From: Parasitella parasitica NRRL 2501
Taxonomy: Eukaryota; Fungi; Mucoromycota
Reading direction: 5' to 3'
Assembly: GCA_025201805.1 (NCBI GenBank)
Contig: MU619336.1
Span: 1-64,000 of the forward strand
Length of the DNA: 64,000 nt
The position numbers and the translations under genes were made by a program. Under the pieces are notes generated by a model. The model was not told the origin of the DNA and did no database searches. It was given only the letters and a program-made list of their open reading frames with translations. Below are positions 11,363 to 24,957 of the stretch, piece by piece (the first letter of the stretch is position 1; each line of letters begins with the position of its first letter).

Positions 11363-13740
11363 TTAATCATCCCATTCACTACCATCGTCACTATCAGAAT
11401 CATTATCTGATTGAATTGCCTTTTTACGATCATTCAATGCTGCCAATAGACTAGTTGCAAGATCACCGCCAGCCGCTGTGCTTCCTCCAGCACTGGCTCC
11501 AGAACCTGCATTTCCAGGTAATGGACTACTGCGATCTTTGCGAGCTTCGACAGGTGTTGAACGAAGTGCTGTAACACCGCCAGCACCACGAATAGCATCT
11601 AACAAAGCATTACGGGACTCATTTGAAGTAGATAGAGCTGGCCCACCAGAACTTGAAACTGGTGGCGGTGGGGCTGCGGGGGGAACACCACCCATGGGAG
11701 GAGGGGGCGGTGGGGGAGGCGGACTATTACCCATTGGGGGAGGCGGTGGAGGCGGTGGAGGCGGTGGAGGAGCGCCATTATTACCGGATACCATCATGGG
11801 TGGAATTGTAGGTGGAGGTGGGGCATTTACTCTTGCATTAGGTCTTTGACCCATTGGTGGAGGTGGAGGACCTCTTCTATCTCTATTAGGAAGTGGCGGT
11901 GGAGGCGGAGCTACTGAACTTCTCGATGGCATAGGTGGAAGCGGAGGAGCTGCAGGTACAGATCGATTAGGCATGGATGGCAAAGGAGGAGGAGCTGGTG
12001 CTTCCGGAGCATCGTAGAAATCTTCTTCTTCTTCGTAATTGCTGCTGTATTGAGATACCATTTCCGGCTCTTGCTCTGGCTGATGTTGATACGGTGGCGA
12101 ATTTGATATTTGGGGTTGTGGAGGAGGAGGAGGTGGTGGTGGTGGGGGAGGTGGGGGAGGTGAAGGAGGTGCTGCAATTGGCTGGTCATCGTTTTCTTTG
12201 AGAGAAAGTGGTGGAACTGGTGGTGGAACTGGTGGTGGAGCTGGAGCTGGAGCTGGAGCTGGAGCTGGAGCTGGAGAAAATTGCTGTGGAGAAACAAGAG
12301 AATACACAGGTTGCTCTTGATGTACCATCTTATAAGGGTTGTTGGACTTGACCATTGATGGATTCTCATCAAATGTGGGTTGAGATCTAATAGGTGGAGG
12401 AGGTATTGATCGGCTAGGGCTTTCATGATACTTCTGGAGCCTTACTGGAGGTGGAGGTGGAGGTGGAGGTGGAGAGATGGAAACAGGAGTCGACAGATAC
12501 GAAATTTCTTCACGGCCATTGCTTGTCTGTTGTCGAATAGAAGGATAAAGAGGAACTTGGTTGTTGGAACGAGCAGGAGGAGGAGGAGCTGCTCGACGAC
12601 TTGGAGGTGGAGGTGGAGGGGGTCTTCTACCTAAATGACACAATGACAAAACATTAATAGTTGTACGACATTACTGTATAATAATACTCTACCGCCAACA
12701 GGAGGAGGAGGAGGGGCATGACGTCTGGACGGAGGAGGAGGAGGAACACGAGCTTTCGAACCCATTGAACCAGAAGGACGAGGAGGTGGAGGCGGAGGGC
12801 CACCTCTTTCATTCACAAACTCTTTAATAAAGTCCTCATTCTCATGAATCTCTTCAGGTGAAATCCCGAGATCTTTCAATTGATCAAATAGCCCATTCCA
12901 TTCAGAACCTGTATTCTGAACACTAAAGCCCCTATCCGGCGTATAACCAATATGACCCAAATGTCTACATAGCGATTCAATGAATAAAACTCTTGTTATG
13001 AATAATAAAGAGGAACATACCTGAATTCAGATGGCAACCCAATTTGAGATTTATCCAGCTTTCCTTTTGTCTTTTTACCGCTTGTCTCTACATGTTATTC
13101 ACGGTAAACAGCCAAGAAATAGTATGCCGTTTGCTATCGTTTCTTACCCTTCTTTTTCTTGTTTGTTGCTTTGCTGCTACTCTTTAAAATATTTTCCCTT
13201 GTAGAGATCTTTGTGTAAAATACATTAGCATCATCTAAATCCGAAAATGATAATCCAGCCATGTATTCCTGATAATATAGCCGAGTTAACATTTAGCATA
13301 AAGTAGCATGATTTCCATGATTTCTTACATCGGCAGCAAAAGAATAGAAAAACGGGGTATGCTTTGTAAATTCAAATCCATCGTACAGCTCTTGTTCCCA
13401 AATTACACCTTTGTGATGCTATTGAAAAAGCTGTGTTACTCTACATTGCTGTGTACATTTTGCAGTTGAATACTGTACTATTAAGTCTATAATTCGTATA
13501 TAGAGCGAATGTGTTTTCTTGTCTTTAAGAAATGTAACTGCACCCCAAATGTTTGAATATGCCCACTTGTTAGGGTTAGGGTATGCGACATACAATCGAG
13601 CAACCGTCGCCGCATAAATTTTCTTTGCAGATACGCTTAATTAAACGATACTTTGTGCAAATATAAACACTTACGGCAGTAGGTAAAGCACGCCTTACTT
13701 TATTCTTGTCTTCTGCACTGGAAAGAGCAAGAGAGGGCAT
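11363..13740 (-). CDS. LAS17: WASP/Las17 family Arp2/3 activator (WH1, CRIB, polyproline, WH2-C-A)
   Basis: WH1 'KIYAATVARLYVAYPNPNKW..IWEQELY', CRIB 'IGLPSEFRHLGHIGY', long polyproline region, WH2 'RNALLDAIR', acidic end 'DSDDGSEWDD'. Confidence 0.93.
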
Positions 13741-14274
13741 TTAGTTTATTGTGGATATGCTGCTGAAAATATCCCTTGGCGAAAATCTAAAAGTAAAAAG
13801 AAGTGGAAGAAAAAGGGATTCCAAGAACAAAATTGAACAACCATTTTACTTTTTTAGGATTGCCAGCAGCAGCCTAGTGCAACTAATGTCCAAAGCACAA
13901 AGATGCTGGAAGATGTCCAGTTAAAATGCCGAAACATTTGGTGTTCGTGCATCTCACTTTTACCTCCAATTTTCAAGACACTCATGTGCAATTTTCAGGC
14001 TTACCCATTTCTACTCCCTCTTCAAGATTCATATATACTCTATTTATAATATATTGAAGCACAATCATTGATTTATCAAGGCTATTTCTCATCATTCAAT
14101 GCTCTTCGTGACTCCATTTCATGTTCAAATCAAGCCACTGTGTAAGTTACCCCCGCTTAACAGTTCCCCTTGTCCAGCAACAAGGAATTGGGAAGTGGGA
14201 AGGGGGCTACCTATCAAATCCTGGAAGGCTTTTCTTTTCATTTCAGCTACTTTTCAACATCAACTTGATACAGC

Positions 14275-15297
14275 ATGTTTGGCACAATTACAAAATCAAA
14301 CGTAGTTTCTTCCAAAGTTATGACAGCTGTCAAACCAGGTAAAATCCCTCGACATGGTAATCGAGAGATTAGAATGCTTACTCTATATATTCACACATCA
14401 TAGTATCTTGCTTCAGTTCAGCTTTACTCCACACTCAACCCATCCACCAGGATAGCCAAGATGTGACTATAGCGCCCATCAATGCCCTTGGGGCACGGCT
14501 TGGCTTGTCATTAGATACAAATGTCTTGAAACAGGCATTGACTCATAAGTCTATCGACGGCAACAATAATGCTACATTGGAGTTTATTGGAAAAAAAGTC
14601 AGTGGACTCTTTGTTACAGAGTACATTCACAGCAGATATCCTCGAATTCACCCTGGCGCTTTCAACACTACTTTAAGAGCCTACATTGGCAACAAAAGCT
14701 TCAGCAAGATCGCTACTGAAGTCGGTTTACAACACACTGTTGATTGGAGGGCCCCAGAGGATGACAGTGCCAAGTTGGGTCAATCTACAGTTTTAGCCGA
14801 TTGTATGCATGCACTTATCGGTGCCATCTATCAAGAAAAAGGGCAGGATGCAGCCAAAAAGTTCATTCATGATTTTGTCTTGTCTCGCGATTTCGATTTA
14901 AGACCTACGATCAAAGTGCAGGAACCCAAGCGTCATTTGAGTATGCTGTTGAAGCAATTAAACAGAGAGCCTGCTGTCTCTCGATTGGTATCCGAAACTG
15001 GCCGTCATTCTTCATCTCCCGTTTTTAATGTTGGTATCTTTTCTGGTGAAAACAAGCTGGGAGAGGGGTTCGGCAGCTCTCTCAAGATGGCAGAATTTCG
15101 TGTAAGTAAAAAAAAAAAAAAAAAAAAAGATTTGTTTACTCTTGTCGAGCTGTTAATCATTCTTCAACTAGGCATGTCAAGATGCTTTGACAAGTTATTA
15201 CGGACAAGAGTGTAAAGATTTCACATTGCCATCAGATGCTGAAAATGTAGATAAATACGTCGCCAATCCCTTAGGAAACACACAGGCCATTATTTAG
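14275..15297 (+). CDS. MRPL3: Mitochondrial ribosomal protein mL44 (inactive RNase III-like domain plus dsRBD), 3 exons
   Basis: Presequence-like N-terminus; 'QALTHKS..NATLEFIG', 'PKRHLSMLL..PAVSRLVSETGRHSSSPVFNVGIFSG..LGEGFGSSLKMAEFRA'. Confidence 0.85.
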
Positions 15298-15324
15298 TTG
15301 AATATATATGATTTTAGATTTTTA

Positions 15325-16199
15325 TTATTTTGACGTGCTAGCAAAATAAACACCTTCCTGTATAAATACAATGTTAGTGAGATGCTTGCTCCTTTGTGTC
15401 ATAATGCTGTACCTGTGCCATCCATTGCGAGTTTTTCGATGCACTCTTGACAGCAGCAACTTCTAACTGACCAGGAATAGGCTGTCCAAATTGATGGCTG
15501 CTGCTGCTGCTCAAGTAGGAATTTGTATCTATATGAACAAATTGCACAGGGTGCTCACGAATCCAAACTTTATCCCCAGATTCCAAACAGTCTACTTTCC
15601 AATTATCTCCAGAATCCTTTCCATCGTAGCAACTGACCTCTTGCTGTCTGGAAAGAGGGGACTGGTGCAAGTGGCTATGCAAATATCCTTGAGTATTGCC
15701 ATGCTTTAATCGAATAGATGAGCCACAAGGTACAGACTCGCTATAGAAAATGGTAAGCCGCGCTGGTTTCTAGTGATAGTATCTAATAACGTGTATACCC
15801 TCGACTGCAGACTTTTCCAGAAGCTGCTTCAACTACCCAAAAGCTGTTCCCATCATCAGCGTTTGGAAAGCCAGTAACCGATTGCTGACCAGAACCACTG
15901 CCTAATTTGCTCACATTAATCGCTGATACTCATGCCATAACAAAACACTATTTGACATACCGTATGTCACACCATGAGAGTGCAATCGATATTCGGTGGC
16001 CTTGTTTGTGAGCTTGATTGTACTTCCACAGGTTACATGCTCAAAGCCTTGAAGAAGCAAAAAGCAAAAGAGTTATAACTACATGATTCTACACAACAAA
16101 TCACGACAGACACTGCTTACCTTCTTGAATTTCAGGCACGCTGTTATCAGCGGCAAAAATCAATGGAACAAATGCCAACATTAGATAAGGTGTTTTCAT
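15325..16199 (-). CDS. SDF2: SDF2-like MIR-domain ER protein, multi-exon
   Basis: Signal peptide MKTPYLMLAFVPLIFA; 'VTCGSTIKL..YRLHSHGVTYG.GSGQQSVTG', 'LHSHLHQSPLSRQQEVSCY', 'GQPIPGQLEV', ends 'EGVYFASTSK'. Confidence 0.9.
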
Positions 16200-16637
16200 C
16201 TTGAAGAGACTCTAGAAAATAAAGGTACGAAATATGTTTGGGAGTTGTGCAAAACAGATAAAATGTTTGTAATTTGATGATTGGCTGCCATGGCACCATA
16301 CATTCAAATCATACTCAGAGAGGGCATCAATGGATGACAAAAAGTAAACATCCTGTAAAAACAAAAGCATGTGTCTTGAGAAACGTGCATTTGGATCGGC
16401 CTTTGGCAAAAATGCATTGTAATTCTTTAATTTGTGTATTTTCAAACGCTGCTCTTGGCTGTCAATGTATATATCGACCAGGAGAATAGCGTAATTAACA
16501 CCAATAGGAATATTTACAATGTCTAGTGTTCCCATCACTTTGAGGCGGTCATCTAATAAATAAGGCAGCATTAACAAACCCTGTTGTTCCTTTTTTTTTT
16601 TTCTTTCATATAAGCCATACTTGTAGGATCATTGCAA

Positions 16638-18427
16638 ATGTCAGGAGATAGTAGCTACTTTATCGGTATCGACGTTGGCACAGGGTAACTGTCATTTACG
16701 ACGGGTTTGAAGCGGATTTATACAAGAGACTTATCTTCACTACTAGTTCTGCCCGGGCTGCTATCATAGATGCCAAAGGCCAATTGGTCTGTTTAGATGT
16801 CCAAGCTATCATCACACACAATCCCAAGCACGACATTTTTGAGCAGTCTAGTCATAACATTTGGTCAAGTATCACTACCTGCGTTCGCAACATCATGAAG
16901 CAATCTAAGCTTCAACCCGAGCAAATTAAAGGGATCGGATTTGACGCAACCTGTTCCTTAGTTGTGCTAGACAAGCAAGGAAACCCACAATCAATTGACC
17001 AAGCATCCAACTACACCGATAATGAATTCAACATCATATTGTGGGCTGATCATCGCGCAGTGGACCAAGCAAATCGTATCAATGCAACGCATCATGGTGT
17101 CCTCCGTTACGTCGGCAACACCATTAGTCCGGAGATGGAAATCCCAAAGACATTATGGCTGAAGGAAAACATGCCCGAGGATAAGTGGAGTTCTATAGGG
17201 CACATGATGGACTTGCCCGATTTCTTGACGTACAGAGCTACAGGTTCATTCGCCCGTTCGACTTGTTCGCTAACTTGCAAATGTTCGTATTTACCACGGC
17301 TGGTAGGCAAAGGATGGGAGCCAAGTTTCTTTAAAGAAATTGGTCTGGGTTGTTTGATAGATGAAGGCTTTACTAGAATGGGCGGTAACGACCACAATAA
17401 TGTGTTGGAGGCTGGCGATCCTGTGGGATCTGGATTGACAAAGAAAGCGTCGGAAGAGCTTGGACTTCTCCAAGGGACTCCTGTGGGTTCAGCTGTCATT
17501 GATGCTTACGCAGGCGCCATTGCCACGCTGGGTGCGACACCTTACGGCACTACAGAAAGAGACGAAATGCTCGCATCACTTGAGCGTAGTCTTAAAACAC
17601 ATGGCCCTAGTCGTCTGGCCATTATCTGTGGTACATCTAGTTGCCATATTACCATGTCCCCCGATCCTATCTTTGTCAATGGCGTTTGGGGTCCTTACAG
17701 ATCTGTCATGGTGGGCGACATGTGGTGTGCTGAAGGGGGACAATCATCCACAGGCCAATTAATTGATTTAATCGTCAATACGCACCCAGCATTAGCCGAG
17801 GCACAGCAAAAATCTAGAGAACAAAATTTGAACATATACGCATATTTGGCACAACATTTGGTAACACTCCAGAATCAGCGAGGGCTCAAATATGTAGAGG
17901 AACTTTCGAGACATTTGCATATTTATCCAGATTTCCATGGTAATCGTTCGCCATTGGCAGATCCATCTTTGCGTGGAACCATTGTTGGCGTCTCGCTTGA
18001 TAAAAGCATTGATGATTTGGCGTTGCGCTATTTAGCCACATTGCAAGCCATTGCATGTCAAACACGCCATATTATCGAAACACTGAACAAGGAGGGATAC
18101 ACTATTGACACGCTTTGTATGTCGGGTGGTTTATGCAAAAGTCCTTTGTTTGTTCAAATCCTTGTAGATGTCACGCAATGTAGAATTATCTTGCCAGAAT
18201 CTATCGATGGTGCCGTGGTAATCGGTGCTGCCTTTTTAGGGGCCAAAGCTTCGGGATTGTCTTCCGATCTCTGGGAAATTATGGTTAGATTTGGCAGAGC
18301 TGGCTCAACTATTGTGCCCAACAAAGACCAGCAAGTAGTGGACATGAATCATCGTCGGTACAAGGTATTTCTTGCCATGTTGGACGACCAGAAAAAGTAT
18401 AAACGTATGATGCTTGATTCGGAGTAG
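16638..18427 (+). CDS. FGGY: FGGY-family carbohydrate (D-ribulose/ribitol) kinase, 2 exons
   Basis: 'YFIGIDVGTGSARA', 'GIGFDATCSLV', 'ILWADHRA', 'SPEMEIPK', 'ICGTSSCH', 'PDFHGNRSPLAD'. Confidence 0.93.
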
Positions 18428-18789
18428 TATGGCTGGTTGCCATGACAACCAGATCAAGCGGGAGATCTTCTATATTATTATCAGATCTTTCAATTTTTTC
18501 TTTTTTTTTCAAGTAATCCGTTAATAAGTAAATAAATTTGCATGAGAAAGGACTCTTATACTTGTTTCAAAACGAAAGAAAGGTAGTACTTGGTATAATA
18601 CAAACAATAGGTAAGATGATCGAGAAAAGTCTACAACAAAAATGATCTGATATCCATTTAGCACATCAAATATGCTGAAACTAATGCCATTTATTGGACA
18701 CAAATCAAAGCCATTTAACCCCGGCCCTGCATCATTATAAAAAGGCTTTTCTTTTTTTTTTTATCATTAGAAATAGAATCCGTCAGAAA

Positions 18790-20703
18790 ATGAGTGAGCA
18801 GACACCATTACTAAAAAATACAAAGCTAGATGCATGCTGTTCTTCAACTGATAGTCAGCAACCATCAACATGTTGTTCAACGAAAAATAGTAGAAACGGA
18901 CAGCCGGCGTGCTGCTCAGCCAAAAAGAAATCAACACCATGCAGTAGATTGCCACCTGTCAATGATGAAGATTATTGCTTTTTAGCAGAGCAAAAGTGGC
19001 AATATAAAAGCGTTGCTTTAGCATGTGCAATTCTCTTGGCTAGTAAGGCTACCATTCTCACTTGATTTTAATGCGCTACGTTAACAGACTCGGGGTATAA
19101 TAGTTGGGAGCCATTTTGCTGCTCATACGCTAGGTGCCATGAAAAATACAATCAAAACTGTAAATATCATTCTATTTCAAGGAAAACATTATATTGAAAT
19201 TTTAATGTCACACACTTTACAGGAGTTCGGCATCACTAATTCGCAATACGGTGTTATTCAATCTAGCGTAGCCATTGTAAACACTGTTTTGCCTGTTGTA
19301 GGTGGTATCCTGATTGATGCATTCGGCACAGTCCCTGGTGCACTAGTTACAACATTGCTAATTACATCTGGCAATATACTTGTCGCTCTATCTGCTTCTT
19401 CCAAAAGCTTGTATATGATGATTTTTGGTCGTGTCCTCTATGGCATTGGAAGTGGCACCGTGGTCATTGTGCAAGAAACCATCCTTAGTCAGTGGTTTAG
19501 AGGAAGAAGCCTGGCAGCAGTTTTGGCTTTGATGCTTACTGTTAGCCGATTGGTAGTGTATTACTAACCACAACAACAAACAAACAATCCAATGTTTTAA
19601 TCAAGGTGTAATTTAGGCGTCATTTTGTGCCCAGGCAACAGTTATCCCCATTGCCAATTGGACTGGATGGTATGGCTATGGTTTATGGGTAAGATGCCTG
19701 TCATCTTTGTTTATCAGATGCAGATTTTAATATATTGAACGTATGCACATTTAGTTTTCTGCTGGCCTGTGTATATTTTCCATGATCGTTACACTTGGCT
19801 ACATTGCACTATTAAGAACAGTGTCCAACTCTGCTGTCGCCTGTCGTAAGCAAATAGAAGTGATCCGCCGAAAAAAGTCCTTTAGCTGGTCTAAACTCAT
19901 GTTTTTACCGCATTCATTCTGGTTGATCGCTGCTATGGAATTCTTGCTCGGCGGTGCCTGGGGCTGCTTTCTACATATCAACAGTGAATATGTCAAATTT
20001 AGATTCGCGTATAGCGACGCCCATGCTGCTGCAACTGCTAGTGTAGCACAGGTTTTACCTGTTGTTTTGATGCCTTTTCTAGGCGTTTGCGTTGACAAGT
20101 TTGGAAAGCGTACCTGGATGAGTAAGCATTGCTACTGCATTCTTTTGTCAAAGGTTTACTAAACAAGCAACAAATACGATAGTGATTGGGAGCGGTCTAG
20201 CTATGCTTTCATCTATGCTTCTGTTGGAATTCACCGAAACTCCACCTCTCTTTGGTATGCTCTTGTTTAGCATCAGCCTGTCACTTGGTCCAGTAGGTCT
20301 TGTGTCATCTGTTCCTGTGGTTTTACCACAATCGCTTGTTGGAACAGGTATGGGCTTGATTAAATCAGCTACTAATGTTGGCGCTGCGCTTTTTGATATT
20401 GCCACTGGCCTTCTTCAGGATGCTGATCCGCATAAAGGATACGACGGCGTCATTCTTTTCTTTGTTACCATATCATCTCTTGCTGTTGTTGCTGGTGTTA
20501 TACTTTATAGTCTCGACAAGACCATGTACAACTCAGTCTTGGATCGATCTGCAAGAGAGGCATATCGTAGCGACGAAAACAAATTGAACAATTCTCGTCC
20601 AGCTCCATTGACTCCTCTCAAGGCTAATTACATTTACGGCACAATCTACTTTATTTTATGCTGCCTAAGTTGGTTCTTGTTTTTCAGGTTTATTCTGGTT
20701 TAA
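18790..20703 (+). CDS. MFS transporter, MFSD1-like, with Cys-rich N-terminal tail, multi-exon
   Basis: Multiple TM helices, 'GGILIDAFG', 'GRVLYGIGSG..VQETILSQWFRGRSLA', 'GVCVDKFGKR'; N-terminal EQTPLL dileucine motif. Confidence 0.85.
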
Positions 20704-22064
20704 ATCTCATGCCATTTTTATTCCATCATTTCCTTACATACCCTAAACCCATTTATTGAAAACATTTGTATATACACATTTTCTCGATTATTTCATACTC
20801 CAATATCTATATCGCTACTTCATGCCCTGTTTATTTAGATGAATGCAGTAGTAAGCATTTGATTGTATCAAATCTTCTGTTACATCTGAGGAGAAGTAGG
20901 TTGCAAGAACAGTGCTGTTTCATTATGACCTGATTAAAAACTATTAGAAGCTGGTTGAAAAACCATTGTTTATTTTGATATCGAAATAACGGTTCAGTTG
21001 TTGATTTTATCTTTAGATATCATACAAAAGTGGTCGCAATAATCATCGAGTAATCTAATATTTTTCAAAAATGCTGTAACATTGGTAAACAGAGCAACTT
21101 TGTAGTGCTTATACATGAAGACGATCAAGCCGTTTGATGAATTGGTTCCAAGTAGCCTTGATGAAAAAAAGCGAAGAGAAGCCAAAAATCAACGAAAACG
21201 ACGCTTTATACAATATTACTTGATCCACAGCCACTAACTATTCAATAAACATTATATCCAACTTGGTTTTGGCACTCATCAAATTTCGAGAAAACTCATG
21301 AGGGGTCATGAGAGAAAAAAAGTGCCGTTTTGAAGTAATCACCATTTTTGGACCGAAAAATGTAGACTTTTGAATGATGGGTGTTAACAATAATTAGACC
21401 AATGTAGATATTTGCATACACTATTTTCACTTATAAGCTGCGCATTTCAGGGAATTATAAGTGAAAATAGTGTACATGCACCATATAAACTTTTAGAAAA
21501 TAAACGAAAATAAAGTTATTATCAAACTTTTTCATAATATCTAATTGGCAAGTATANNNNNNNNNNAAAAAAAAAAAAAAAAAAAGAAAGCATGCTTCTA
21601 CCCGCTTCAACAGGCGCCGATGTAAACTGCCTCGATAAAAATGCGAAACCTTTCCAATGTTGGAAAGATCCATGAATATATCACCCAGCAAATTTTGCAT
21701 ATGAGATATAAATTGAAAACTAAAAGGCAATGTTGCATGCTATTTATGACAAAATCTAGTTGGTATTATCCACTCAATACAATGATACTTTAATACAGTG
21801 GATTGCTGGCTTGGCTTTATCAAAATAATAGCCATACGGGAAAACAAGGGATATGCTCTAGTAGTCATACAATCATCGCATTGTTCTGGTTTGGTGGCAA
21901 GGCAAAAAGTGGGTTGGGCTACTGGGTATCATTGGCTTCGTTGGAGACCCTATTTATAAAAAGCAAAATTAATTAGTAGGCCTCCCTTTTTCTTTTCTTT
22001 TCTTCTTTACTTTATTCTACCCTTATTACTCTCTCCCATTGATTTTACACTATATCACCATCAA

Positions 22065-23671
22065 ATGCTGCGTGAAGACGGCGATATATTAACTGTCCAA
22101 CGTGCTCAATACATAAATTGGTGCAATAACCGCAATTTTTTATCTTCGCCTTTAATGATGCCAGTAAACAGCAGAGCGATGGAAAAAAAGGAAACCAACG
22201 ATCGCTCCTTTTCACTGCCACCTGAACTATTGATGGAGATATTTGGCTATGTGGGAAACTGCCAGGATACATTGCATTCTATCTCTCTTGTCTGTAAGCA
22301 GTGGTTTTATTGTGCTGCTCCAATTTTGTACTGCCATCCACAGATCAAAGACACTTATCGATGGGCTACGTTTTTGTTGACTTTGACAAGAGAACGCATG
22401 TCATTCTTTTATGGCGATCTTATTAGATCGCTCGATTTATCCTCGGGAAAGTCTATTGGTGAGTATATGTTATCAAGACCTTGTAATTTAATTTAACGTC
22501 GCTAATGTTATTACACTAGAAGCCATGAAAGATCAAGAATTTTATCGACGGTTATCAGATGCAAACAACAACCAACAGCAGCAGCATCAGCTACAGCGAA
22601 ACAATGTCGCTACAATGGATGCTAATAATCGCTTTCACACCGCTGCCGCCAGAAATAACAGATATGACGAGGCAGAAAGACGCAGAGAAGAACACGAATA
22701 TGTCGTCAAAGGCTTGCCTTTTATCATTGTGTCTACATCTTCATTAATACAGGTCTCAAATACCTGCAAGAACCTGACGGTACTCAACCTTTCATATACA
22801 AGCTTGTTGCATGATAGCGTTATAGCCGAGACTGGGGAGTACCTGTCCACTTTGCAGCGTTATGCAGTACAACCTGGTTTAACACACATTAAAATCCCGA
22901 TTGAAGATGCCATTGAAGCCATCGGTAAATCATGCCGTCAACTCCAAGAAGTCAAGATCCAACGATGTGAATGGGTCACTGCCCGTGTTTTATGGATGTT
23001 TGCGTACTATTGTCCAAATCTGAAAAGACTGGATGCACGAAGATCGACCAAGTGTACTGTGAAAAGGCTGATTGCTAATGTGTTGGAAGTGCCTGGTTAC
23101 AACGACAGGTATTTGTACCACGAAGGTAGTGAAAATGATGAACCTGCTTCTCGTTTACCTATGAGAGTCAGACATAGAGTGATATTGGAACATGCTGATG
23201 AAGATGAGGAAGATGATGATCACGAACATGACGATGACGATGAACAAGAGGTTAGAGAAGGTCAAAATGGCGATGTTTCAATGATTCGTTACAGATTAAA
23301 CAGTAAGCTTAATTTTTCACTCTTGACTTTTAGGCTGCATGTGCTAATATGACATCTTTTAAGATGAAACAGGATTATGGGAAAGAGAAACGACCGGCCA
23401 GGTCAGAGATGACGAGGTGGCTTTAATGGATGATAATGCTGAAGCCGTTCGAAATGGTTCATTTTGGTTCGTGCCTTTTCCGAATACTGGTGCTGAAGAT
23501 GAGGTTCACCCAGTTGGAAGGAGGCCACCCTCACCAGTACAAAATCAAATGCCATCTCAGCCGTTTTCTGCAGTTGATGACAGATCGCTGAAGAATATCA
23601 TTCGTACTATCATTGTAGAGTACAAAGATTTAGGTGGGATTGATTTGAATTGGATTCAAGACTATCAGTGA
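22065..23671 (+). CDS. F-box/LRR (RNI-like) protein, 3 exons
   Basis: F-box 'LPPELLMEIFGYV..SISLVCKQWFYCAAPILY', LRR-like 'CKNLTVLNLSYT', 'CPNLKRLDARR'. Confidence 0.85.
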
Positions 23672-23813
23672 ATTTTTCTTGCTTAAATTTTTATGTTCTT
23701 TTATACCTCCTTCTCTATTATCTTGATAATATCGTAAAATTGTAGTATTCTTAAAAATCCAAAACAACAACAAAAAAAAAGTAAATATTCTTATATCAAT
23801 AAAAACTTTGTGT

Positions 23814-24852
23814 CTAATCCATATAGTATTGGTTGATTCCAATACGAGAAATGACATATTTTGGGATACAGTAAACAGGATTTACAGTCTTCAATCCTGG
23901 ATAGCCCAGCAACGATAAACCTGCAACGCCAAATACAGTGTGGAACACATCTACCATATCTCCAGGTCTATCTGAAATGCCCCCGTCTTCGGGATCCTGC
24001 GCTGACAAGATAAACTTGGACAGTTTCTCTTTATCGATCCAATGAACGTTTCCCAGAACAGATAGCGAAGAAAGAACCCACCACGAATAACATACGTCTT
24101 CCAACTTTTGTGGTCTGCCATTCAGTCCTCCGTTCTTCAGCTGCCTTTCACATAGCCACCAGCTAAGCAAATCTCTATCGACATGATGAAGTGCATCTAC
24201 AATCGCTAATGCAGCGACGCAGCAAAAGATTTGGCCTGCGTGAGACTCTGACCCAGGTCGACTACCAAAACCTCCATCATAGTTTTTGCATAGTAAGATC
24301 CATTCAATCGTCTTTTCGACATTGATAGCATCCAATCGCTTCACAAGCGATAGCAGATTCAGCGCCATGTACGAAAATCGTGAATCGACTTCTCCCCATT
24401 CGTCTCCTCGAAAAGAACCATCGGGATTTTGCAATACTTGAACATCTATTGCTAATCTCTTGAGTTGTCCAGTTCATTTCTGCAGCTGTTGTTATCAACT
24501 TACACTCTATCGCTTTGTCGAGATTAATAGTATCTAAAGCATCCAAAGTAACTAATATCTGGATGGCGTACAGGGTATTTGAAAGATGTGTGTCGTGATC
24601 TTTATCAGCTCTGAATCCTCCATTCTCGTGTTGTAGGCTTTTGACGTAATCGATAATCTCTGAGCGAGGTAAAGCATCGATATGGTTCATGAGGTCGAGT
24701 GCAGTGATGCCCCAATAGATGCCACTTAGGCGCAAGTGTTCTGTGAGCCAATATTCAAGATTGTCTTTACGTGTATTCAAAGACTGAATATACTGTACAT
24801 GCAGTGGTATCAAAAGCTCGTTGATTGTGTCTGCATTTGTAGCTGAAGCCAT
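23814..24852 (-). CDS. BET2: Rab geranylgeranyltransferase (type II) beta subunit, 2 exons
   Basis: '[16 protein letters not shown]', '[13 protein letters not shown]', '[10 protein letters not shown]', '[15 protein letters not shown]', '[12 protein letters not shown]'. Confidence 0.95.
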
Positions 24853-24957
24853 GTTTATTAAAGACAATGTTTGGAAAGAAAAAAACCGCAGAATTTCCAA
24901 CCACGCGTTAAAATTCTCGTTCTTTGTCGTTTGCATCGCTCTCTGTTTATCCATCAG

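Noticed and set aside
11478-12634. Gly-rich and WR/LQ-repeat ORFs overlapping WASP
   Set aside because: Shadow frames of polyproline codons.
13570-13582. ttagggttaggg telomere-like repeat
   Set aside because: It encodes Pro-Asn-Pro-Asn in the WASP WH1 exon on the minus strand.
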